From: Malacoraja senta
Lineage: Eukaryota
NCBI GenBank assembly: GCA_038087875.1
Contig: CM075991.1
Location: 7,566,001-7,630,000 of the forward strand
DNA: 64,000 bases
Direction: 5' to 3'
The notes beneath the pieces are model-generated. The model was given only the letters and a program-made list of their open reading frames with translations. It did no database searches and had not been told where the DNA came from. Positions within the stretch are counted from its first letter, which is position 1. Each line of letters starts with the position of its first letter. Below are positions 35,571 through 49,008 of this stretch, one piece after another. A program made the position numbers and the translations under genes.

Positions 35571-36827
35571 ACCTTATAGCTATAACCAACAAACTCTACT
35601 CCAACAAAATGTAAGTGATTGGTGATCCATTTGAAGAACAAATGCAGAAGTATTTCTCAATGTCCTTTGTGCTTTGGGCTATGCATTTGATAGGCATAGT
35701 GGTTTATGATTAAATTGGATACATGCAAGAGGCACCATAATCTATTGGATTGTAACTCACTCTCAATTTTATGCAATAATTCACGTTCAAAGCGCATCGA
35801 GAAATGCTAGATGACATCCGATACTGGACAATGTCTCGAGATTGTAATTCTTTTTCATTATTTGTGTCTTATGTGCATGTGGATGGAGATTAGCTATCAG
35901 GAAACATGAACTGTAAATAATAGTGATGTGAATATTCCTCTTCTCATTCAAATACCAGTTGTCAAAATTAATGCTTTGACCTTTTGAAAGCTAACTTACC
36001 ACAGTGTAGCTCTGAACCCACTGAAGTAATTTGTAGTAAGCATGTCAATGGCACTGCTCGTTAAAGTTTATTGTGAAGCAGCATATTTTTTATGAATATA
36101 TTGGTGACCCCTGCAAACTTATTAAAGCTGTTAGGAAGGCAGAGTACTTGATTGCAACTGGAGTTCACTGCCATCTCTTAATGAGGAGAGATGCAACGTT
36201 CTTAGTCCATACCCTGAAACCCTTTACGCCCACAGCCATCCACTAGGCAAGACAGAAGATAGATGATCACTGCCTTTGAAGCTGACAAACCTTCCATTAC
36301 ATTTCATCTCTGCAAACTCAAGCATTTTTAAATCAAATTTATTGCAATCAGTTCACAGTTCAATGCATTTTATTGATTGCTGCTAACAGTATAGAAATCA
36401 TCTTTCACATTTTTCACGCATCCCATTTCAGTCTCTTATTAAAACAAGCCATGGAAATGTATTAAATATCTAAATATATATTTTAAGCTGTCAGATGTGT
36501 TATCCTAACAACCATTTGATATGTAGGCATAAATTAAGAAATGTAAAAATGGTAATGTCTTGTCTTAAGTGACTTTCCCAACATTAGTGACCGTTGTCAG
36601 GCATAGACATCAACCTTGGGTTCATTGATCATCTTTCGATGCATCAAAGGAGCACAGAAAGTGATCATTGTCAGTTACACAATGTGATTTGAGACGTTGC
36701 TAAGAGATGATGAAAGACTACGTGAATGAGTTCTTTATTAATAATCAAGGCTAATCACATGAGCTAACAGAAGCGTAAGGTATAATTTAGAATATTTCTT
36801 CCCTGATGGATAGAAAGTTTTAAACAT

Positions 36828-37165
36828 TAGACAATAGACAATAGACAATAGGTGCAGGAGTAGGCCATTCGGCCCCTCGAGCCAGCACCGCCATTCAATG
36901 TGATCATGGCTGATCATCCACAATCAGTATCCCGTTCCTGTCTTCTCCCCATATCACTTGACTCTGCTATCTTTTAGAGCTCTGTCTCACTCTCTCTTGA
37001 AATCATCCTGAGAACCAGCCTCCACCGCCCTCTGAGGCAGAGAATTCCACAGACTCGCAACTCTCTGTGTGAAAAAGTTTTTCCTCATCCCCGTTCTAAA
37101 TGGTTTACCCCTTATTCTTAAACTGTGGCCCCTGGTTCTGGACTCCCCCAACATCGGGAACATTA
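36828..37165 (-). mobile_element. CR1 LINE 3' end
   Basis: MFPMLGESRTRGHSLRIRGKPFRTGMRKNFFTQRVASLWNSL; (tagacaa)n. Confidence 0.9.
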
Positions 37166-37559
37166 AAGTCGCCAACTGCACCCAATGTGACTGTGATACA
37201 ATTCATCCAGCCAGTGTTTTTCGTCCACAAAAAGTTGCCGCAACACACGATTGATAAACATCCATGTCGCATAGCCTGAAAACAAAATAATGCATTTGAC
37301 TTTTTCGAGGTGCCGGTACATCGCGTACCGTTACAGAAAAAACCTCTGGAACCATCACTCATTGTCCTTCTCAGCCTTTTGCAGTGATTCACTGTTGACC
37401 ATACAATCCTCCTCCAAGGCATCTCCACAAATGCCAGCTGGATTAGACTCCCCACATCTTCCCTCATTCTTATCTGAGCCAGAAAATCACTTGGGAAGGT
37501 CCTCTTGTTCTCTTCTGCACTGTGATCTTTGAGCAACTACCCTCGGTCCCTCTTATTTT

Positions 37560-37875
37560 CAGTTTAGTTCAGCCTAGTTTAGGAATACAGTGCAGAAACA
37601 GGCTCTTCAGCCCACCGAGCCCGCACTGACCTGCGATCCCCGTACACCTACACTATCCTACACACTAGGGACAATTTACAATTTTTACCGAAGCCAATTA
37701 ACCTACAAATCTCCACGTCTTTGGAGTGTGGGAGGGAACCGGAGCACCCGGAGAAATCCCAGGCAGTCACAAGGAGAACACGCAAACTCCGTACAGACCG
37801 CACCCGTAGTCAGGATCGAACCCATGTCTCTGATGCTGTAAGGCAGCAACTCTACCATTGCGCCACTGTGTTACC
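37560..37875 (-). mobile_element. HE1-type V-SINE
   Basis: Reverse complement of SINE unit. Confidence 0.88.
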
Positions 37876-37894
37876 TTACTTAGATGTACAGAGC

Positions 37895-39030
37895 CATTTA
37901 GCAATGTGAAATTTAATCAAGGGCAAGGCAATGCACTTTGGAAGGTCAAGTTGTGGCAGGACACATGAAGTAAGTGGTAGGGACCTTAGGATCATTAATG
38001 TACAAATGGATCTTGGGGTACAAGTCGCTAGCTTTCTGAAGGTGGCAGCACAAGTGGATAAGTCAGTCAAGAATACATTTAACGTGCTTGCCTTCACAGT
38101 TTGAGGTATTGCGTATTGGAGTTGGGACATCATTAGCTAAACACAAAGTGCTGGAGTAACTCAGCAGGTCAGGCAGCATCTGTGGAGGGCATGGATAGGT
38201 GATGTTTCAGATCAGGACCCTTCTTCAGACTGGGACATCATGGAACATCAGACTGGGACATCATGTTGCATTTGCACAATACATTAGTTAGACCGACAGA
38301 GTATTGTGTACACACAGACAGCACTAGAAGTCAGGAGTGAACTCATACCATTGAAGCTATAAGACAGAATCCTTACCAGAAAGGCCATTGTGTGGGCATG
38401 TTATATTACACACCAGTTCCTGTTAACACATTGGTCTTGTGATCAAAATTGGCTCCCTGTTAATTTACTGCTTAGTTCTAAAACTCTCATATTTCCAGAT
38501 AGGTTGCATCGTTTTAATGTGTTACTATTTTAATATTGAGTACAGTTTCAGTGCCACGCGGCAAGAGTAACGCTGTAGAAATAGAGAGAATGCTGATTCA
38601 CCATTCATGTCTCTAATTGATGGCTGTAGGTATAAGGAGAGGTTGGATAGGCTGTGTTTATTGCCACTGGGATGTAGGTGGCTGAGGGGTGACCATATAT
38701 AGGTTTATAAAATTAAGAGGGGCACTCATATGAGAGATCGTCTCCTATGGGAGGTTAGAACTAGAGGGCACGGGTTTAATGTGAGAGGAGAGAAATTTCC
38801 GAGGGGTTTGTTTTTCTACCGAGAAGACAATGAATATTTGTAACGAGCTGCCAGAGGTGGTGAAGTGGTGGAGGCAGATACTAGTACCAGGTTTAAAGGA
38901 CATTTGGACAGATGGGAAAGGAGTAGAGGGATACACTCCTGATGTGGGCAAATGGAATTAGTGTAATTAGTATTAGATGGGGATGAGGTGATCCATAAGG
39001 GCCCATTCCATGCTGTGTGTTTCTATGACT
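37895..39030 (+). mobile_element. Decayed CR1 pieces (37895-38310, 38620-39030) with PLE module at 38135-38232
   Basis: ggatcttggggtacaagtc, ggctgaggggtgacc; tgggacatcat duplicated around the PLE. Confidence 0.7.
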
Positions 39031-39514
39031 CAGAATGTCCTGATGATATTGAGCTTGGTCTCTCTCTGCCAATTCTCATTCCATTTCCTCAAGTCAGACC
39101 GCTTGTCTGATGCACAACACAGAATGAGCAGACATCTCTTCCAGCTAAATACTGCAAAGCCAATTTCTTCAGATCCTGTCTCTGGCGACCAACTCCATTC
39201 TTCCCTCTGGCAGCAATCATAAACCGATCACGATTGTCTACAACCTTCCAGTCATATTTCGAATCTGAAAAATTGGAAAAAATGGACAATGTCAAAGGAG
39301 GCTGCGTAGTCCACAGTATCCATGCCAATTAAAGAAGAGCAACCTGTCTCGACTCATATTCCAGTAACCGTGTCATTACTGGAAGGTTGTAGACATGTAG
39401 CAAAATTAAGCCATTCGACTCATCAAGTCTACTCCGCCATTCAATTATGTTTTCACACCTTACACTTCATTATCTCTGTATCTCCCTCTCCCCTGACTCA
39501 ATCTGAAGACGGAC

Positions 39515-40180
39515 ATGTGACTTTTTCCGTATCATATCTCCGTCCGCATTGCGGCCTTAACATCGTGGAGCTGGTGGTTCATTTGTTAGCGATCGACTTC
39601 GGGAGCTCCAAACGCATGAACTTTGACCGACCCGATCGCGGGAGCCTCGATCGTCCCGTTGCAGGGACTTCGATTGCCCCAACTACGGATGTTTCGATCG
39701 ACCCCACCGCGGGAGAAAAGGAGGAAGAAGGTATAATTTATTTGCCTTCCATCACAGTGGGGAATGTGAGGTCGCCAAAATCAAGATGGATGTGCTGCCT
39801 GCGCTGGTGGGGACTTGGAGGGATTGCCGTGAGTGCAATGATCTCGGTGTTTGCGGGGACATCGCGCCACGAGGACATCCTGGAGTCTGGTGCGAGTGTG
39901 GACGGATTTCTGACGGTTCGGGCGGACAGGGACTGCAGAGACAGCGGTCGGTATAACTCTAGTCACGTCACGGTGAAGGAGCGTGTGTGTGGCCCGGACA
40001 TTGAACTAATGGCTGCGGGACTCCGCTTATGCTGTGTGCCCTAGGGATTCTCACACGCCGCTGTGGTGGCCGCTTATGTTCAATCTTTGTGTCGTTTTGT
40101 ATCTTGTTGCATTTTGTGTGACGGTATGGTAAATCAAATTTCACTGTCCCTCGGTACACGTGACAATAAATGGCCATGGA
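39515..40180 (+). mobile_element. GC-rich element joined to an APE-like endonuclease fragment and Rex1-like tail
   Basis: LPSITVGNVRS...SVDGFLTVRADRDCRDSG...VTVKERVCGPDIELMAAGLR; ends tttcactgtccctcggtacacgtgacaataaa. Confidence 0.65.
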
Positions 40181-41879
40181 ACCATTAAATCCAATATCTG
40201 TTGCAAACCACAGCTTTAAGAGCTTCTGTCATGACAGTATAACATGCAGCAGTCTCTTCATCTAACAAATATTTACTATTACAAACACCGTGCACATCGT
40301 ACTCTTATGACAATTGCTCTCCCTTGGCCCCAGAAGAGAGAGGTGGAAGGCACAACACAATTTTAACACTATTGCCATGTACTGAACAGTTTCTTGCCTT
40401 GTTTGCCTGTTTGGTTTTGATACCCCTACCGTTGGATTTGATTCGGAGAATTGGCTGGAATGGGTCATCGTCTTGGAGGATTTGAAACATGGAACAAGGA
40501 TGCTGGGACATTGGAAGTTCCACATATCAAAAGATCAGTACATATCAAAGTGAGGTTGGAAGGCGCGAATGATGAATTGAAGTGATTTTTGTATGAAACA
40601 TTAAAATCATAGATATAGCCTGTGAGATTTTGGATGGGGTTTAGTTTGGAAGGTGGAAGAGTAGTTGACGTGATCTTTTACAGAAAAGAGAGTCACAAAA
40701 TACTGCTGGAAAGCCTCAGTAGGTCAGACAGCATCTGTGGAAAGAGAAACAGTGTTAACACTCCACGTGAAAGATTCTTTATTGGAACTTTGATCTGAAA
40801 ACTAAATTCTGTTCTAAACACAAAGTGCTGGAGGAACTCAACAGGGCAGGCAGCATCTGTCGAGGGAATGGGCGGTCTGAAGAATGACCACAGATATAAA
40901 CTCTGTTTCTCTTCCTACAGGAACTGCCTGACCAGCTTAGTATTGTCGACATTTTCTGTTTTTGTTGCAGTGGCTCTTATTCCATAATGCATAAAGTAAC
41001 ATAATTTGGGAGAGCCCCCCGAGAATGATTTAGGCTTCCAGGAACGGCCATTAACCAATTGTAACTTGTATTCTGAAGATGAGAGTCGAGGTCTTTGTTC
41101 ACATTTATTATCCATGGAAGGCCAGCAAGAGATCTTCAGCGTCAAATGGTGATTCTTGGGAATGGCTGGCTGTCTCCTGCACTGAGACTCGATAATGACG
41201 GGGGAAGATGACTTTGACAGAAATCTTGCTCTGGGGGAATATCACCAGTTAAGCAATTGATTTTCCTGCTCGCCAGCAGTCATTGTCACAGTAAAACTAA
41301 TTCAGTTGTAGCTTGCAACTGCCAGGAGGTGTACCATGTTTAGTGTCAGTGGACCCCTTATAACCACCAAGATACAAAGACTAATGTGTTCACTTTTGCA
41401 GAGAGAACAACATGGAGACATTGATCAGCAATGCCAATACAATTTTGACTTTTTAGAGAGCAGAAACAAGGAACTGCAGATGCTGATTTACCAAGGAAAG
41501 ACACAAAATGCTGGAGTAACTCAACAGGTCCTGACTACGGGTGCTGTCTGTATGGAGTTCGGATGTTCTCCCCTTGACCTGCGTGGGATTTTTTCTCCGG
41601 GTGCTCTGGTTTCCTTCCACACTTCAAAGACGAATAGGTTAGTAGGTTAATAGGTTTGTAGACAAGGATCCTTCTTCAAACTCAGAAGGCCTCTGAAGAA
41701 GGGTCCTGACCCGAAACATCATGTTCTCCAGGGATGTTGCCTGACCCGCTGAGTTACTCTGTCATTTTATGACTTTTCTTGAATTTTTTGAGTATTTTTT
41801 GCTGACGTATTTCTTCCACGGTCAACACCTGGACAAACATGATGTTGCCTGGGGATTTTTTGACTTGGGAAGGGAGAAG

Positions 41880-42745
41880 ATTTCCATTTCAATCAACCTT
41901 TATTGTCATCTTGCAAGCAACAGTTGTACAGAGCAAAATGAAAAGACGTTTCCCAGGGAATACTGGAGCATCGCACATGAAATTTAAAACATTTCACACA
42001 TAATGACATTAAAAACAATCCAGTCCCTAATAGTTAAAAAGTAGGTAAAACAACAACGTTAAAATACAGTAAAACCAATCATAAACATGTCCGGGGCAGC
42101 TGATTTGAGTGGCCAGTGCCAGTTATTGAAGTGGCCAGTGCCAGTTATTAAAGTGTCCGTGCCAAGCCGCAGAATCAGGTGACTGTGAGTACAGAGTGGC
42201 TGTTTAGCAGCCTCACAGCATATGGCAGGAAGCTGTTTAGCAGTCTTGTAGTCCGGGCTTTGATGCTGTGATATCTCTTGCCTGATGGCAGGAGATCCAG
42301 GTGTATGTGGAGGGGGTGCAGTTTGTCCTTAGCAATTCTCTGAGCTTTTTTCAGACAGCGACTCTGGAACAGTTCTTGTACCGAGGTAGGGTGACGCCAA
42401 TGATCCTCTCTGCTCCCTTCACTACCCTCTGCAGAGCCTTCCTGTCCGAGCAGTTGCAGGTGGAGTACCACGTATTTAAACAGTACGTGAGTACAGGCTC
42501 CACCGTACCCCTGTAGAAAGTCCTGAGGATGTTGGTGGGGAGTGAGGCCTGTGCAGTCGCAGGAAGTGCAGTCGCTGATGGGCCCGTTTGACGGTCCCAG
42601 TGGTGTTCCTGTACCAGGTGAGGCTGTCTGTAATTTGCACCCCGAGGAACTTTATGCTCTCCACTCTCTCCACTGTGGCGCCACTGATGTTGAGGGGTGT
42701 ATGCTTTGGCTGCGCCCTCCTGAAGTCGACAACCATCTCCTTTCC
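41880..42745 (-). mobile_element. Rex1/Babar-like LINE 3' portion, frameshifted
   Basis: KEMVVDFRRAQPKHTPLNISGATVERVESIKFLGVQITDSLTW; FYRGTVEPVLTYCLNTWY; LLPSGKRYHSIKARTTRLLNSFLP. Confidence 0.9.
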
Positions 42746-43149
42746 AATCACTAACCAATGACTCCAATGAGTCGCCTAAATAATCGCCTAAGTGGGACAG
42801 GCCCTTAAGGAGAAGAGAAGGCCAATTCCCTGACCCGAGAGATCAATAACAAGGGGGCAGTTATTTAAGGTAGTTTGTCACAAAATTTGATGAAGCTGAA
42901 TAAAGATTTTTAACCTAAAGTGTGGTGGGGTCCAAAACTGTCCCCAATGAGTGGTGGAAGCTGGAAAGCACATCTCATTTATAAGATACTTGGAATGGGC
43001 TCCTAATTTTCCACAAAGCTGTAGATGGATAGCTGGAAAATGGGGATTGTCCACATATTTTGTTTATTGGCCCCAAAGGACATAACTGGCGCAATGGTAC
43101 ACTTTTGTAAACCAGCATCTGCAGTTCCCTGTGTCGCTCTGGTGTCACG

Positions 43150-43358
43150 TTCACAAGTTATTGGAGTAGAATTAGGCCATTCGGCCCATCGCATCTACTC
43201 CACCAATCTATCATGGTTGATCTCTGCATCCTAATCCCAGTTTCCTGCCTTCTCCCCATAACCCTCGACACCTGTTCTAATCAAGAATTTATCTATCTCT
43301 TCCTTCAAAATATCCACTGACTTGGCCTCCACAGCCCTCTGTGGCGGAGTTCCACAGT
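43150..43358 (-). mobile_element. CR1 LINE 3' end
   Basis: PQRAVEAKSVDILKEEIDKFLIRTGVEGYGEKAG. Confidence 0.85.
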
Positions 43359-44129
43359 TCCTTCTATGCTGTGCTTTTCTTTGATTCCTGCATTGAATGG
43401 GACCCAGGGTAATGTCGCCATTAGCAAGCTGCTTCTGTGCAAGCATTGTCTGCAATGCAATTTGATATATTTCTCCTTTAAATTAAAGAAGATAGATGGT
43501 GTTTGACCCATTGAAAATCGCCTTCTTGTGTGCCAAGGTTAGACATTGTATGGGATCAATGCAAATTTAACACTTCAGGAAACATGTAAAAAAGCCCCTG
43601 TTCTGTTTGTTGCCTCTACGTACAGGCCAGGTGTAATTTAGTTGTTATTCTTTCCCATTTATCGCTGCAACTCCCAATCAATTTTGTATTTATTTCTCAG
43701 GTTTATCATCTATGCCTTCTGCTCCTTTTCAAAGCTACCTCTTGCCTGTGTTTGACACAGTGGGTTCCTTCTCTTCTTCACGTGAACTGCAGGAGGGGGG
43801 AATAAGGGTGCAGAATAGAAGAACATAGCAATACAGGTGGGAGTTTTCCATACTGCGCCACATGCCTCTTGTATAAATAAGCCTGGCCAGTCATTAATTC
43901 ATGGTTTATCCTCAAAATCTTTTCCAATCCATATATTGCCATTCTCGTTATGTTCTAAGATCTATAAGCCTCAGCCTTAATGCTATTCAAAACTGAGCAT
44001 CAGTTCTCAGAACTATCATCTCTATCTCAAAGAATCACCTCATTGCAGCCCCTAATGCCTTATCCTGAGGCAGAGCTACCTTTCTCCAGATATGCCAGCA
44101 GGGGGAAAAAAATCTCTGTTAAAGCATAA

Positions 44130-44552
44130 TGGCACAGTGGCGCAGAGGTAAAGTTGCTGCCTCACAGCGCCAGAGACCCTGGGATCGATCCTGACTACCA
44201 GTGCAGTCTGTAAGGGAGTTTGTAGGATCTTCCCGTGACAACGTGGGTTTAAGCCAGCTACTCCGGTTCCCTCCCACATTCCAAAGATGTGCAGGTTTGT
44301 AGGTTAATTGGCTTCTGTAAATTGTCCCTAGTGTGTGTAGGATAGAACTGGTGTACACTGGTCATCGTGGAGTTGGTTGGCCAAAGGTAGACACAAAATG
44401 CTGGAGTAAATCAGCGGGTCAGGCAGCATCTCTGGAGAGAAGGAATGGGTGATGTTTCTGGTCGAGACCCTTCTTCGGACTGACGTTTCGGCTCGAGACC
44501 CCTCTGGCCAAAGGGCCTGTTTCCACACTGTATCTCGAAAGAAAAAGTTAAA
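44130..44552 (+). mobile_element. HE1-type V-SINE with nested PLE module (44386-44500, minus)
   Basis: SINE head and V domain; tggccaaagg duplicated around the insert. Confidence 0.85.
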
Positions 44553-45909
44553 CATATTCAGAATACCACGTTAAATTTGAGAACAATTCCCATTCTCCTT
44601 CAATTCTGTAACTCCGCATAGATGAAGACTTTCATGCTGCGAATGACTACAGCAAATCTGCACTGCACTGTGTCCAGAGGAAATCCCTTCCTCTGATGTA
44701 AAGGTCAAATCGAGAGCAATACTCCAGATGCAGTATCACCAGTTGAAGTAATATGTCCTCACCGTTATACTCCTGAAACCTTGCAATAAAGGTCAAGATA
44801 TCATTTGACTTCCTTTTCACTCACTGTAACTGCACACCAAGAAGCCACCATAGACCAACATTTACTAGCTTCTCAAAGAAAATATTTTTCCTCTATTCCT
44901 TACACTAAAGTGAGTAAACCCACAATTGTCGACATTATAATCTATTATCTACCAAGTTGCTGCTCAATCTATCTATTATCTCTTTGCAACTACTCTTAAT
45001 TCCTTGTTACAGCCACTTTCTTACCTTCTTCCGTACCGACACCAAACTGGAAACTCTGAGGAAGAATCAAGGAACTGCGGACGCCGATTTACAAAAAAAA
45101 AACACACAAAGTGCTGGAGTAACTCAGCGGGTCAGGCACAGCACTGGCAGGCCGTGGTGCCTGACCCGCTGATTTTCCACAAGAATAACTTAGATGAGTA
45201 TCAGAGTTTCCAAAAGAAGACACAAAGTGCTGAAATAAATCAGCGGGTCAGGTAGCATCAACTGCATAATGCTATCCGGGCCCGCTGATTCGATCCAGCA
45301 TTTTGTACCTCTGTTGGAAACTAAGACTCATCTAAGTTTTCCTTGTGGATAGTAAAAATAAATGATGGCAATCCATAATTAAAGATCATCAGTATGTAAA
45401 GACCTATCAATTTCTCTTTCCTTTAACAAATTTCTCTATTCATAATAATTTGTTACTGCACACCCCAATGTAGCAGCCTTCGCGAATGCCTATTAAAAAT
45501 CTAAATATACTACATCTATAGTCTCCCCTTATCCATCCTCCTGGTTGTAACCTCAAAACACCTATTTGATCATCTTCATGATTATTCTGATGTAATTTGG
45601 TAAATATTTTTAATATTTTCACTGTTACCACCTCATTTTCCTCACAGCTGATTTTCAGCTGACTTTTTTTTCTTTCAAACTATGTGGTAGATTGGTGTCA
45701 CCTTTGCTTTCTTTCAATCTGCTGGATCTATTCTAAAGTCCCCAAAAATCTGAAAGTTCTCTTCAACGGATCTATTATCCCCACAGTCATTTCGTTTTGA
45801 CCCAAGGATGCAAACTATCGGGTTCAGGAGAATCGTAGTTTATAATCATCTTAATTTCCCTAATAATTCCTCTTTATTGATAGTAATTTGACTTTCTCAC
45901 CTTCTTTAC

Positions 45910-46415
45910 TTTGTCAAGCTGGTAAGGGTGCAGAGAAGATTTACGAGGATGTTGCCAGGACTAGAGGGTCTGAGCTATAGGCAGAGGTTGAGTAGGCTGG
46001 GACTCTATTCCTTGGAGTGCAGGATGATGAGAGGTGATCTCATAGAGTTGTATAAGACCATGAGAGGAATAGATCGGGTACATGCACAGAGTCTCTTGCC
46101 CAGAGTAGGTGAATCGAGGACCAGAGGACATAGGTTTAAGGTGAAGGAGAAAAGATTTAATAGGAATCTGAGGGTTAACCTTTTCACACAAAGGGTGGTG
46201 GATGTATGGAACAAGCTGCCAGAGGAGGTAGTTGAGGCTGGGACTATCCCAACATTTAAGAAGCAGTTACATGACAGGTACATGGATAGGACAGGATTGG
46301 AGGGATATGGACCAAATGCTGGCAGGTGGGACTAGTGTAGCTGGGACATGTTGGCCGGTGTGGGCAAGTTGGGCCGAAGGGCCTGTTTCCACACTGTATC
46401 ACTCTATGACTCTAT
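45910..46415 (+). mobile_element. CR1 LINE 3' end, open frame
   Basis: QRRFTRMLPGLEGLSYRQRLSRLGLYSLE...SRTRGHRFKV...FTQRVVDVWNKLPEEVVEAG. Confidence 0.93.
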
Positions 46416-47004
46416 TAGACGTCTTTGTTCTCCACTATAAATCATTGTATTAAGACTTGCAGAAAATAATTGTTTGAGTCATTAGCCATTTCATTATATC
46501 CAATTATAATTTTCCTTTCTCTCCGGAACTCAGAATTTCATTTGTTGGTTTCTTCCTTTTGAAATCCTTTCAGAAGTTGTTACAAACCTTTGTATTGTTT
46601 CTTGCTGGTCTATTCCTATCTATCTTCTTAGTTTATATTAATTTTTGATCATTCACTGCAACTTCCACAATCCCCAAGGTTGCCTTTTCATCTTAATAGT
46701 ATTATGTTTCTTTTAACATTATACAAACATTGACTTGTTTTGCCATTCACAGATGAATTGCTTTATTTTCTATTGGTTTATCTCTCAGTAATTTTTCCTG
46801 GAGCATCATGGAAGATGTCTTTAATTGCTTACCATTGTTCTGACAAAACCTTCACTATAACTTTTCTGTCTGCGTAGCCAACTCCAACTAATGGAATTGC
46901 CCGTACATTTTCATGTTCTATACTTCCGTGTGGCATAGAAGGAGGCTATTTGGCCCATTGAGTTGATGCTGACTCACAGAGCAATTCCATTCTCCACCAT
47001 TCTA

Positions 47005-47355
47005 CCTCCAGGTCCCTCTGGTCGGCCGACTTGGCCATCCTGCGGACCATCCAGTTATAAGCTCAGGGGCGACTGCACTTTTGCGGTTGCAGCACCTAGA
47101 CTGTGGAACAGCATCCCTCTTCTCATCAGAACTGCCCCCTCCATCGACTCCTTTAAGTCTAAACTTAAAACTTATTTCTACTCACAAGCGTTTCTTGAGG
47201 TCCTCTGAGGGAGCACTGTATGTATGTATTTATGTATGTATTGTTAGATCTATGTACCATTGTATGTAGCATGTTGGTACCTGCACTGATGTAAAACACT
47301 TTGGTCAACGAGAGTTGTTTATAAATGTGCTATAGAAATAAAATTGACTTGACTA
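47005..47355 (+). mobile_element. L2-clade LINE 3' end
   Basis: KLRGDCTFAVAAPRLWNSIPLLIRTAPSIDSFKSKLKTYFYSQAF; aaatgtgctatagaaataaa plus (ttgac)n. Confidence 0.8.
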
Positions 47356-47719
47356 ATTTCCCATTGACCTGTTTTCCCCATATTCCCCTCAATGTTATCA
47401 CCCACTTACCAGAGGAAGTAGCAGGGGACCGTGCTTAGTTCATGGTCAGCACAGACTCGATGGGCTGAAGGGCCAGTCTGCACGCTGTATCTCTCTATTA
47501 CTTTATTTCAAGATCACTCTGCATCAATCTGTCAACCACTAACAATACCTGCGTGAGACTACCTGCAGAGCTAGCTGGAGCATAAGTTATTGATGAGTAA
47601 AGTATGAATTTATACTGTAAAGTTTATACTGTAAAAGTTATTTACAAAACCGGATCTGTTTCATGTCAGTGCACATTTCAAGATTGAACAGGGCTACTGA
47701 AGTACAGACAGTTACATGG

Positions 47720-47910
47720 GACACAGAGTGCTGGAGTAACTCAGCAGGACAGGCAGTATATCTATAGAACACGGACAGGTGACGTTTCAGGGCGAGACCC
47801 TTCTTTAGACTGATTGTAAGGGGGTAGAAAAAAGCTGGAAAACCATGGCAGGTCGACAGTGGTCAGGGTTCTTGTCTCACAGGCAGATGATTGGAACAAA
47901 GGCCAGAGAT
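47720..47910 (-). mobile_element. PLE 3' end
   Basis: Module with decayed hammerhead plus upstream UTR. Confidence 0.7.
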
Positions 47911-48421
47911 AAGAACTGAAGGTTCCTTCTTCCTAACCCCATTCTCCTGCCTTCTCCCCATAACTTCTGACACCCATACTAAGCAAGAATCTATCTATCT
48001 CTGCCTTAAATATATCCACTGACTTTTCCCATGGTTAAAGTTTCACAAGGTGTCGGTCACTGTTTATATGGTCAGGATGATTTTTTTAATAATTATGCCT
48101 GTGGATGAGAAAAATTCCACGGATGTGCGAGTGTTACACAAACACAACACAAAATTAACGAGAACATGTGCGATTTTGTACAAGATGAAATGTTTCTGTT
48201 CTCTGCCTACATGTGGATACACATGGTTTGCATTCTGCAAAATAATGTAAAATCCATTATAAGGATTCTGAAGCCAGAGAATGTGTCTGAACTAAGATTA
48301 TTCTTGTGAATTGTATATATTATTTACGCTTTCATCTGGAGTCAACAATCGTTTTCATTGCTTGTGCACTTGACATGGGATAAAGAGCAACACCCTGCAT
48401 GTACAATTTGCTCCCGGAGAT

Positions 48422-48655
48422 ATGTGAATCTGTGGAATTCTCTGCTGCAGAAGGCAGTGGAGGCCAATTATCTGGATGTTTTCAAGAGAAAGTTAGATAT
48501 AGCTCTTAGGGCTAATGGAATCAAGGGATATTGAGCGAAAGCTGGAATGGGGTACTGATTTTGGATGATCAGCCATGATCATATTGAATGGCGGTGCTGG
48601 CTCAAAGGGCCGAATGGCCTACTCCTGCACCAATTGTCTATGTTTCTATGTTTCT
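48422..48655 (+). mobile_element. CR1 LINE 3' end
   Basis: gtgaatctgtggaattctctg...gggccgaatggcctactcctgcac, (tatgtttc)n. Confidence 0.88.
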
Positions 48656-48688
48656 GTGCGAAGTGTAGCATTGAATCCAATTGAGTTA

Positions 48689-49008
48689 AAGCCCTGTCCC
48701 ACGGTTCAAGTTCATTCCAAGAGCTCTCCCGAGTTTAAAAAAAATCAAACTCATGGTAAGCACGGAGAATGAACGTAGCGGGTACGTAGAAGCTCGGGGA
48801 CGTCTCTTAGCACTAACGGCAGGTACTCGGGAAGACTCGCTAACGGCAGGTAAGCACGGGAAGACTCGTGAAGATTTTTCAACATGATGAAAAATGTCCA
48901 CGAGAGCCCAGAGTACCGACGAGTGGCCATTACCGTAAATCTCCAAGTTCGAATCAGGGCAAACTCGGGAGAGCTCTTGGAATTAACTCGTACCGTGGGA
49001 CAGGGCTT
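48689..49008. mobile_element. PIF/Harbinger-type MITE, 320 bp, opposite orientation to 19494-19821
   Basis: TIR aagccctgtcccacggt; TTA at 48686-48688 and 49009-49011. Confidence 0.85.

Noticed and set aside
39322..40044. Longest ORF (240 aa) as a host gene
   Set aside because: Mosaic of CR1 tail, PLE UTR, GC-rich element and LINE endonuclease pieces.
40419..40553. DTPTVGFDSE frame as an Arf/Arl GTPase exon
   Set aside because: Only five residues match; no P-loop or WDxGG motif and no convincing splice sites.
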